The translations under genes were made by a program, and so were the position numbers. From the sequence record SRR22947727_475: DNA of 34,822 nucleotides; one strand, 5' to 3'. The notes beneath the pieces are model-generated. The model was given only the letters and a program-made list of their open reading frames with translations, was not told where the DNA came from and searched no databases. The first letter of the stretch is position 1; every line of letters starts with the position of its first letter. Positions 19,493 to 26,924 of this stretch are shown here, piece after piece.

Positions 19493-20642
19493 TTAATGCG
19501 GACTCTAAATCACTTATAAGGTCTTCTGTATTTTCTAATCCCACAGAGATTCGTACAAGATCATCATCAATTGACGCCTCAGTCCCTTCAGCAGAATCAT
19601 GAGTCATTAGCCTAGGCAATTCGATTAATGATTCAACGCCACCTAAACTTACTGCTAATTTAAAAAGCTCTAAATTCTCCCAAAATAATTTGAGATTTAT
19701 ATGGTCTTCAACATTGAAACTTAGCATTCCACCAAACATGTCCATTTGTTTTTCAGCTATTAAGTGATGTGGATTACTTTCTAGTCCTGGATAAAATACT
19801 TCTTTAATATGTTCAGAGTTTTCTAAGTATTCAGCCAACTTATGAGCATTTGCAGAATGCATGACAAGTCTAGGTCCTAATGTATACAAACCTCTTTGGC
19901 AAAGGTAAGCATCGAATGGTGACATAATTGCACCACTTGTTTTTTGGTATTCAAACAAGACTTCCCAGACTTTTTCATTATTTGTTGTTACAACACCACC
20001 CAGAGTGTCACTATGCCCACCTATATATTTTGTCGTTGAATGAAACACAATATCTACACCATGTTCAAGGTGTCTTGTTATAAAAGGTGAGGTAAATGTA
20101 CCATCAGCAACTAAATAGGCATTACTTTTGTGGACTATCTCTGCATATTTGGCAATATCAAAAATATTTATTCTTGGATTAGAAGGGGATTCAAACCATA
20201 CCAATTTTGTCTTTTCATTTATTAAAGAGGTTAGTTTTTCCTCATCATAAAGATCACAAAAGTTTACTTCAATACCTCTTTTTGTCATTACCTGTGAAAA
20301 AAACCTAGTAGTACCTCCGTATACATCTCTGGTAATCACAACATTTTCACCAGGTTCAACTAGCTCACCAATTAGTGTTACAGCAGCCATTCCCGAGGCC
20401 ATTCCAAATGAGTGCATAGATTCAAAGTCTTCCACACCCTCGAGAGATGCCATTGTTCTTTCAAATAGTTCTCTAGTTGGGTTACCACTTCTTCCATAGA
20501 AGTATTCATATTCACCAGGTTGAGAGTTTTCAAAAGTTGTGGACAGATGTATTGGCGGCATCACATCACCTGTTGGAAGTTCAACTCTTTTTTTAGTATG
20601 AATAGCTTTGGTATTCATACCATATTTTTTAGAATTACCCAT
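19476..20642 (-). CDS. Cystathionine gamma-synthase/lyase-family PLP enzyme
   Basis: PPIHLSTTF, YGRSGNPTR, ASGMAA, ESPSNP, HSTTKYIGGHSD, SLGGVESL, RISVGLE. Confidence 0.92.
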   Translation of the reverse strand: MGNSKKYGMNTKAIHTKKRVELPTGDVMPPIHLSTTFENSQPGEYEYFYGRSGNPTRELFERTMASLEGVEDFESMHSFGMASGMAAVTLIGELVEPGENVVITRDVYGGTTRFFSQVMTKRGIEVNFCDLYDEEKLTSLINEKTKLVWFESPSNPRINIFDIAKYAEIVHKSNAYLVADGTFTSPFITRHLEHGVDIVFHSTTKYIGGHSDTLGGVVTTNNEKVWEVLFEYQKTSGAIMSPFDAYLCQRGLYTLGPRLVMHSANAHKLAEYLENSEHIKEVFYPGLESNPHHLIAEKQMDMFGGMLSFNVEDHINLKLFWENLELFKLAVSLGGVESLIELPRLMTHDSAEGTEASIDDDLVRISVGLENTEDLISDLESALNAAKK

Positions 20643-20733
20643 AAAAAGAGTTTAAGACTTATTGAGACAATTGGTAGAAAAATACTATTTTTTTACCTTG
20701 TTGATTCAGCGAAAAGCTTTTAATTTAAATAAT

Positions 20734-21159
20734 ATGATTAAAAAAATATACATTGCAGGACCACTTTTTAACGTACATGAAAAAAAATACCTTGAAGATA
20801 TAGCAGAAGTTCTAGAGGGTGCTGATTTCGATTGTTTTTTGCCCCATAGAGATCAAACAGGTATAGATCCAGAAGAATTAAAGAATAATGAAATGTCACA
20901 AGAAACTAAAGACATTATTTTTCAAACTGATATTGAAGCTTTGAAAGAAGCTGATTTAATAGTTGCTTTAGTAACCGGTCAAGATATAGATTCAGGAACG
21001 GCATCCGAAATAGGATTTATGTACGCTAGCAACAAACCCGTAATTGCAATTACTGCTGAAGAACGCAGATACAGAAATTTATTTACTGCAGGTATGTTCA
21101 CCAAAACAGTACATAATATCCAAGAAGTATTGTCATCAGTAGAGCAATTTAATTCTTAG
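20734..21159 (+). CDS. Nucleoside 2-deoxyribosyltransferase / nucleotide N-glycosidase family protein
   Basis: IYIAGPLF, FLPHRD, DI..L..AD, DSGTASEIG (catalytic Glu). Start placed at ATG 20734. Confidence 0.87.
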   Translation: MIKKIYIAGPLFNVHEKKYLEDIAEVLEGADFDCFLPHRDQTGIDPEELKNNEMSQETKDIIFQTDIEALKEADLIVALVTGQDIDSGTASEIGFMYASNKPVIAITAEERRYRNLFTAGMFTKTVHNIQEVLSSVEQFNS

Positions 21160-21166
21160 AGAAAGA

Positions 21167-22411
21167 TCAGCCTCTTACCAGTAGATTCTCATAGCCTCTG
21201 ATGCCAAACGCACCAGTTCTTTCTGGTTCTGTTTCTAAAGTTAGATTTTGCTTTAACAGATGTTTGAAGGATACTTCTAATTCCAGTCTTGCTAAGTGAG
21301 CACCAATACAAAAATGAATACCACCACCCCAACTACTGTGGTCTTTATTTTCTCTATTAAAGTTAAGTTCTGAAGGCTTTTCAAAAACTTCAGGATCTCT
21401 ATTGGCTGAGCCAAGTAAGATTGCAACCTTAGATCCTTTAGGAATTTTGTAATCTTCAATTTCAGTATCTTCAAGAACATACCTTTGAAAAAACTGCAAA
21501 GGACTGTCCCACCTAATTAGCTCTTCAACAACATCAGTCATAGTTGAAGATTCTTCGCTTACTTGTTCGTATGTTTTTTGATTTGAAAGCAAACCATAAA
21601 AACCATTTCCAAGTGTATTAACTGTTGCTTCGTGGCCAGCGTTTAAAAGGAGTATTATTGTGCAAATAATTTGATGGTCAGTTAATCGGATATCATTTTC
21701 ACTAACTTGAGATAATCGTGTAATCATGTCGTCTTCAGGATTAATTCTCCTCCTATCCAGTAGATCTTGTGCATAATCAAAAAAATCTTTAGCAGCTTCT
21801 TCAGCATTCTTAGCGTCAACTTCAGTGACTTTGAAATCGTACATCTTAACTATTTTATGAGACCAATCTAAAAATTTCCCATGGTCAGAGGCAGGGACTC
21901 CCAGGAGTTCTCCAATAATACTTATTGAGTATGGCTGTGCATAATCTTTGAGTAAATCAAAGTCTGATCCATTCTTTTCACTCAGCAACTCTAGTGATTT
22001 TTTTTCCATGAAGGGAACAAGTTTTTGAACAGCTCTTGGTAAAAATGCTTTAGCTACAAGACCTCTTAATTCTTTGTGTAACTCTCCTTCAAGGTTTAGA
22101 AGTGAAAATTGTTCTGATTTCCAGAAATAATCATAAGATTCATATTTTTCTGATCTTTTATAACCTACATAAGTTAATGGGACATTGGAGGATTCAACAT
22201 CACTTTCAAAATTTTCTATATGATTATGAGTTGTGCCAAACATTTTACTGGTTTGTATATTTCTCACATCCCTATGTCGAGTCACAAATAATAAATTATT
22301 AATCTCATCCCAAAAAATTGGAGTTTTACTTCTGAATTGGTCAAAAGTCGGATAGGGATTTTTGATAAAGTCTTGATCTTCGGTGGGTAGGTGTAGTTCT
22401 GGAATATTCAT
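21167..22411 (-). CDS. Cytochrome P450
   Basis: I-helix AGHEAT, EELIR (ExxR), GSANRDP, WGGGIHFCIG heme-Cys motif. Confidence 0.95.
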   Translation of the reverse strand: MNIPELHLPTEDQDFIKNPYPTFDQFRSKTPIFWDEINNLLFVTRHRDVRNIQTSKMFGTTHNHIENFESDVESSNVPLTYVGYKRSEKYESYDYFWKSEQFSLLNLEGELHKELRGLVAKAFLPRAVQKLVPFMEKKSLELLSEKNGSDFDLLKDYAQPYSISIIGELLGVPASDHGKFLDWSHKIVKMYDFKVTEVDAKNAEEAAKDFFDYAQDLLDRRRINPEDDMITRLSQVSENDIRLTDHQIICTIILLLNAGHEATVNTLGNGFYGLLSNQKTYEQVSEESSTMTDVVEELIRWDSPLQFFQRYVLEDTEIEDYKIPKGSKVAILLGSANRDPEVFEKPSELNFNRENKDHSSWGGGIHFCIGAHLARLELEVSFKHLLKQNLTLETEPERTGAFGIRGYENLLVRG

Positions 22412-22494
22412 CTTATAATTTTAAATAGTTAGAAGAATGTCTGTCATTAAAAATTATAAAATTTTACAAATTAAAAGCAAGATTTAAAACAAGA

Positions 22495-22503
22495 TGATAT
22501 TAT
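22495..22503 (+). promoter_or_regulatory. Putative extended -10 promoter for the ECF operon
   Basis: TG-A-TATTAT immediately upstream of the hairpin + aptamer leader. Confidence 0.45.
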
Positions 22504-22540
22504 CAAAAACATGCAAACTTAATAATTTAAGTTTTGTAAT

Positions 22541-22577
22541 CGATGTTTAATAGGATAACCTTCGTAAAAAAACCTGG
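22541..22577 (+). ncRNA. preQ1-I-like riboswitch aptamer, copy 1
   Basis: Stem CGAUG/CUUCG (one U-U), loop UUUAAUAGGAUAAC, A-rich tail UAAAAAAACCUGG. Loop UAGG can pair with tail CCUG (H-type pseudoknot). Preceded by hairpin AAACUUAA/UUAAGUUU (22515-22534). Lies about 20 nt before the ECF ATPase. Confidence 0.72.
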
Positions 22578-22598
22578 ATTTTTAAAAAAGGGGTGTAC

Positions 22599-23429
22599 AT
22601 GTCCATTATTAAAATTGAAGATCTTACAGTTCAATATTTAGAACAAGAGGAAAATGCCTTAGATAAAATCTCTCTCGAAGTAGAAGAAGGTGAGTTTGTA
22701 GCTATTCTAGGGGCTCATGGTGCTGGAAAGACAACCCTCTGTTTATCAATAAATGGAATAGTCCCAAATATGATAAATGCTGATATGTTTGGAAAAATAG
22801 AAGTCGCGGGAGAAATTCCACCTAACATTCCAGTCAGAGAGCTTGCAAGCAAAGTTGGGAGTGTTTTTGATAATCCGGAATTTCAAATGAGTCAACTCAC
22901 CGTTTTTGAAGAAGTTGCACTTGGCTTACAAAATCTAGGCGTCGATAAAGACACGATAATTGAAAATATAACGACATCATTAGAATTAGTTGGACTTGCA
23001 GGATTTGAAGAGAGATCACCTTTTGAAATCTCAGGAGGTCAACAGCAAAGACTTGCGATGGCATCAGCTCTTTCAATGAAGCCACAGATTTTGGTACTTG
23101 ATGAGCCAACATCTAATCTTGATCCCATAGGAAAAGAAGAAGTCTTTACAGTAACTAGGAAAATAAACCAGGAAGAAGGATTAACTGTCATAATTGCAGA
23201 ACACGAGGTTGAAGTAATTGCCGAGTATGCAGACAAAGTTATTTTATTAGAACAGGGTAAAATTACCCAAGTAGGGACTCCTGAAGAGCTATTTCCAAAT
23301 ATTGTAGATATCCAAAGTAATGTAGGTGTAAGAATTCCCCAGATTACAGATTTCGCATCACGGGTTCCAGATAAATTTACAGGTAGTATTCCAGTTACTG
23401 TTGACAAAGCTATAGAAAGGTATAACTAA
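22599..23429 (+). CDS. ECF transporter ATPase (A component)
   Basis: GAHGAGKT, VFDNPEFQ, ISGGQQQR, VLDEPTSNLDP. ATG 22599 follows SD AAGGGG. Confidence 0.92.
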   Translation: MSIIKIEDLTVQYLEQEENALDKISLEVEEGEFVAILGAHGAGKTTLCLSINGIVPNMINADMFGKIEVAGEIPPNIPVRELASKVGSVFDNPEFQMSQLTVFEEVALGLQNLGVDKDTIIENITTSLELVGLAGFEERSPFEISGGQQQRLAMASALSMKPQILVLDEPTSNLDPIGKEEVFTVTRKINQEEGLTVIIAEHEVEVIAEYADKVILLEQGKITQVGTPEELFPNIVDIQSNVGVRIPQITDFASRVPDKFTGSIPVTVDKAIERYN

Positions 23430-24238
23430 TGAGTGGAACAGATATTAAATGTATCAAAGTTGGACATACTTACCCAAATGGAGTTCAGGCAATCAAGGAT
23501 GTCGACGTAACAATTAAACAAGGCGAGATAGTATCGGTAGTTGGTCAAAATGGTTCAGGTAAAACGACACTAGTTAAACATTTCAATGGATTACTCAAAC
23601 CAACAGATGGAGACATTACTGTAGGAGATCTCAACACTAGAGATAATCCAGTAGGTTTACTTGCCGAGAGCGTAGGTTATGTATTCCAGAATCCCAATCA
23701 CCAAATATTCGCTGCCTCAGTCCACGAAGAGTTATCTTTTGGTCTGAAAAATATTGGATTGGAAGACTCTGAGATTGAAAAAAAAGTTAAAGAAATAGCA
23801 GAAGAGTTTTTATTAACGGAGTATTTGGAGTTAAATCCCTATCGTCTAGGCTTTTCCCTGAGAAAAACAGTAGGCATGGCATCAATAATAGCTATGGAGC
23901 CTAATGTTGTAATTTTGGATGAACCCACCACAGGTCAGGATTTTTCTGGAGTTAAGACCATTAAAGATTCTATGACAAAGCTTAAAGGTGAAGGAAAAAC
24001 AGTTATAGTTGTTTCTCATGACATGCCATTAGTTGCTGAAGACACAGATAGAGTCCTTGTAATGTGTAATACTGAGTTAATATTTGACGGTCCGCCAGCT
24101 GATTTGTTTATAAATAAACCTATATTAGAAAAGACTAATTTGAAACCTCCTCAAATAACTGCATTTGCCGAGGCCAAAAATTTTGGTAATAATAAAAAAG
24201 CTATACTTTCAGTAGAAGACGCTCTCAAACACGTATAA
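23429..24238 (+). CDS. ECF transporter ATPase (A' component) with degenerate signature motif
   Basis: GQNGSGKT, VFQNPNHQIF, ILDEPTTGQD, VSHD; signature region reads LGFSLRK. TAATG overlap with the A gene. Confidence 0.92.
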   Translation: MSGTDIKCIKVGHTYPNGVQAIKDVDVTIKQGEIVSVVGQNGSGKTTLVKHFNGLLKPTDGDITVGDLNTRDNPVGLLAESVGYVFQNPNHQIFAASVHEELSFGLKNIGLEDSEIEKKVKEIAEEFLLTEYLELNPYRLGFSLRKTVGMASIIAMEPNVVILDEPTTGQDFSGVKTIKDSMTKLKGEGKTVIVVSHDMPLVAEDTDRVLVMCNTELIFDGPPADLFINKPILEKTNLKPPQITAFAEAKNFGNNKKAILSVEDALKHV

Positions 24239-24378
24239 GAAATTAAATTAAAGAAATCAAGTTAAATTGAAGAAAAGATACATCTCTTTGTGCAAAGTTG
24301 GTTTTAATTTTGTAAAATTAACTTGTATTTAAAAATGTTTAAACTTTCTCCTTCGAGTTTGTAAAACGTATTTAGATA

Positions 24379-24414
24379 ACGATGTTTATTAGGTAACCAC
24401 CGTAAAAAAACCTG
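24379..24414 (+). ncRNA. preQ1-I-like riboswitch aptamer, copy 2 (first of a tandem pair)
   Basis: Stem ACGAUG/CACCGU (one A-C), loop UUUAUUAGGUAAC, tail AAAAAAACCUG; UAGG/CCUG pseudoknot. Very similar to copy 1. Confidence 0.75.
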
Positions 24415-24451
24415 ACGGTGTTTGTAAAGGTTCCACCGTAAAAAAAACTAA
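24415..24451 (+). ncRNA. preQ1-I-like riboswitch aptamer, copy 3 (second of a tandem pair)
   Basis: Perfect stem ACGGUG/CACCGU, loop UUUGUAAAGGUUC, tail AAAAAAAACUAA resembling the classic preQ1-I 3' tail. Confidence 0.72.
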
Positions 24452-24489
24452 TTTATATTAAAAAAATATAAAAATAGAAGGGGGGATTT

Positions 24490-25179
24490 GTGAAAGACCA
24501 AGATACTTCACAAAGACTAAGCAGCGCTACAGGCGGCGGTGTTCCATTAACTTACGTGATTGCGTTAGTACCAGTTGCTTCCGTTTTGAACGTAATTGGA
24601 GGAACCGTAGCTGGTGCGCTTAAATTACCCATATTCCTAGATATGATCGGAACAGCAGTAGTTGCTATGACGATCGGTCCTTGGTGGGGAGCACTTGTTG
24701 GAGTTATAACTAACGTAACAAGCGGGTTCATTACTGGACCAGTATCAATTCCATTTGCAGCGTGTAACGTTGTTGGAGCATTGATTTGGGGATATGGAAC
24801 TAAATGGGGTTGGGCAAATGACAAGCTAAAATTCTTTGGATTGTCAGTGGCTTCAGCCGTAGGCGTTTCGTTAATGGCAGCACCAATAGTTATATTTGTG
24901 TTCGGAGGTGCAACAGGTCACGCATCTGATGTTCTTACTGCAGGTTTAATTGCAGCAGGAGGAGATATGTGGACTTCAGTATTCTCAAGTAACATAATTG
25001 TTTCTTCAGCTGATAAAATTCTTTCGTCATTCTTGGCGTTAGCAATAATTGGAGCACTACCTACTAATTTGCAGGTAACTGGACCAATTATGAAAGCTGA
25101 AAACATGGGTAAAGCTGTCTTGATTACAGCAGGTACAGTTGTAGGAGTCATTCTTACAGTCGTATCTATGAACCTATAG
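24490..25179 (+). CDS. ECF transporter S component, QrtT/STY3230-like (queuosine-regulated ECF type)
   Basis: LNVIGG..LKLPIFLDMIGT..GPWWGALVG..TN..FGGATG..D..ADKIL matches my recollection of the QrtT family. Has an extra C-terminal TM. GTG start after SD GAAGGGGGGA. Confidence 0.82.
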   Translation: MKDQDTSQRLSSATGGGVPLTYVIALVPVASVLNVIGGTVAGALKLPIFLDMIGTAVVAMTIGPWWGALVGVITNVTSGFITGPVSIPFAACNVVGALIWGYGTKWGWANDKLKFFGLSVASAVGVSLMAAPIVIFVFGGATGHASDVLTAGLIAAGGDMWTSVFSSNIIVSSADKILSSFLALAIIGALPTNLQVTGPIMKAENMGKAVLITAGTVVGVILTVVSMNL

Positions 25180-25191
25180 GAGGTAGATAGT

Positions 25192-25383
25192 ATGAGAGAA
25201 GTAACATCTAAAGATGGTCTTGGTGCTGGTATTGTCGGCCTTGGTGTAATGTATATGGTTTATCCATATGCAGCGTCGGAGTTAGCTCCGGATGCATCAT
25301 TCGGAACACTAGCAGGAATGTGCTTAGTAGCTGGTTTCCTCACAGTATTGTGTGGAATAGCTGTTATTAGATTCAAAGACTAA
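25192..25383 (+). CDS. 63-aa two-TM small membrane protein in the ECF operon
   Basis: Strong SD AGGAGGT; two Gly-rich hydrophobic helices; tight spacing to both neighbours. Confidence 0.75.
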   Translation: MREVTSKDGLGAGIVGLGVMYMVYPYAASELAPDASFGTLAGMCLVAGFLTVLCGIAVIRFKD

Positions 25384-25399
25384 AAGAAAGTATTTAATT

Positions 25400-26140
25400 A
25401 TGTTCGACAATAAAGTTGAGCAGGTTAAACACTTACCCTTGAAGATCGACGAGGTTGCCCGGTATGTAATAGTACCGGGCGATCCAAACAGGGTTGAAAT
25501 TATTGCTTCGGTTTTTGACGAATATAAACTCCAGGGAAGCAATAGAGAGTTTAACGCTGCAAGAGGAACTTATAAAGGTACAGATGTATCTGTAGTTTCA
25601 ACAGGAATAGGATGTCCATCAACAGCCATTGCAGTTGAAGAGTTAGCTTATATCGGCGCAGAGGTCTTTGTTAGAATTGGCACTTCTGGATCCGTTGACA
25701 ACTCAGTAAAAAAAGGAGATATTTTCATTGCTACAGGTGCAGTTAGAGATGACGGCACTTCTAAACAATACATACCAATAGAATTTCCAGCAATAGCCGA
25801 CTTTGAATTGGTAACAAACTTAATAAAAGCAGCAAAAGATTTAAATATTAAATCTAAGGTTGGAATTTGTCAGTCAAAGGATTCATTTTTTGGAGAGGTT
25901 GAGCCAGAAAGAATGCCAGTTGCACCCTATCTAGATAACAAATGGAAAGCTTGGCAAAAAGGAGGAGTTGGTGCGTCTGAAATGGAGGCAGCCACTTTAT
26001 TTACGGTAGCCCAAATAAGGAAATTAAAAGCTGGAGCAGTATTAGCTGTAGAAGTTTCAGATGAGGAAACTGTAAAAAAAATGACAAAAATTGTTTTAGA
26101 ATGTATAAATATTATGGAAAGGGATAGAAGAAATGAGTAA
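25400..26140 (+). CDS. Nucleoside phosphorylase (NP-I, uridine-phosphorylase-like), paralogue 1
   Basis: VPGDPNRV, NREF, STGIGCPSTAIAVEEL, RIGTSG, SKDSFFGE, SEMEAA. Confidence 0.9.
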   Translation: MFDNKVEQVKHLPLKIDEVARYVIVPGDPNRVEIIASVFDEYKLQGSNREFNAARGTYKGTDVSVVSTGIGCPSTAIAVEELAYIGAEVFVRIGTSGSVDNSVKKGDIFIATGAVRDDGTSKQYIPIEFPAIADFELVTNLIKAAKDLNIKSKVGICQSKDSFFGEVEPERMPVAPYLDNKWKAWQKGGVGASEMEAATLFTVAQIRKLKAGAVLAVEVSDEETVKKMTKIVLECINIMERDRRNE

Positions 26141-26924
26141 AAAAGAAAAAGGCGGTCTTTTAAAAAGCGAAATTCAATATCACATTCAAATGAAAAAAGG
26201 TGATGTTGCAGATTTCGTTATATTACCTGGTGACCCTGGAAGAGTCGAGTTTATTGCCGATCACTTTGATACAGCAAAAGTTGTTGCTGATAACAGGGAA
26301 TATAAGACAATGACTGGAAAGTATAAAGGAAGATCTATCTCAGTAACATCAACAGGAATAGGCTGTCCTTCAACAGCTATTGCGGTTGAGGAGTTGGCAA
26401 ACATAGGTGCGAAAACATTTGTAAGGATGGGAACGTCTGGCGCAATGCAAGACTTCACAAGAGTAGGAGATAAAGTTATTGCTACAGGTGCTGTTAGGTT
26501 TGAGGGAACGTCAGTTCAATATATGCCAATAGAATTTCCTGCTGTGGCCTCTCACGAAATGGTAACAGCGTTGGTTCGCTCAGCATCTGATGCTAAATTA
26601 AATTATCACACTGGAATAGTTCAATCTAAAGATTCTTTTTATGGACAACATAGTCCAGAAGATATGCCTATAGCTCAAGAATTATTACAAAAATGGGATG
26701 CTTGGGTAAAAGGTGGAGTCCTCTGTTCGGAGATGGAAGCAGCTACTTTATTTGTAGTTGGATCATATAGAAAACTTCGTACAGGTGCGGTTTTATTAGT
26801 TGCTGGAGACCAAGCAAAAGGAGAGTCTTTAACAAAAGAAGATTATCAGCAAAATATGACAGAATCAATAAACATGATATTAGAAGCAAGTTTGGATATA
26901 GAGGAGGAAAGTAGTAATGGCTAG
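26133..26924 (+). CDS. Nucleoside phosphorylase (NP-I, uridine-phosphorylase-like), paralogue 2
   Basis: LPGDPGRV, NREY, STGIGCPSTAIAVEEL, RMGTSG, SKDSFYGQH, SEMEAA; 8-nt overlap with paralogue 1. Confidence 0.92.
   Translation: MSKKEKGGLLKSEIQYHIQMKKGDVADFVILPGDPGRVEFIADHFDTAKVVADNREYKTMTGKYKGRSISVTSTGIGCPSTAIAVEELANIGAKTFVRMGTSGAMQDFTRVGDKVIATGAVRFEGTSVQYMPIEFPAVASHEMVTALVRSASDAKLNYHTGIVQSKDSFYGQHSPEDMPIAQELLQKWDAWVKGGVLCSEMEAATLFVVGSYRKLRTGAVLLVAGDQAKGESLTKEDYQQNMTESINMILEASLDIEEESSNG

Noticed and set aside
24239-24330. AT-rich palindromes (TTAATTTT-GT-AAAATTAA, CTTTG-TG-CAAAG) as operator or terminator
   Set aside because: Expected by chance in AT-rich DNA; no regulator gene nearby and no convincing GC stem with a U-tract.
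24379-24451. Mini-CRISPR or simple tandem repeat
   Set aside because: No spacers or cas genes; stem and pseudoknot complementarity plus gene context fit an RNA aptamer better.
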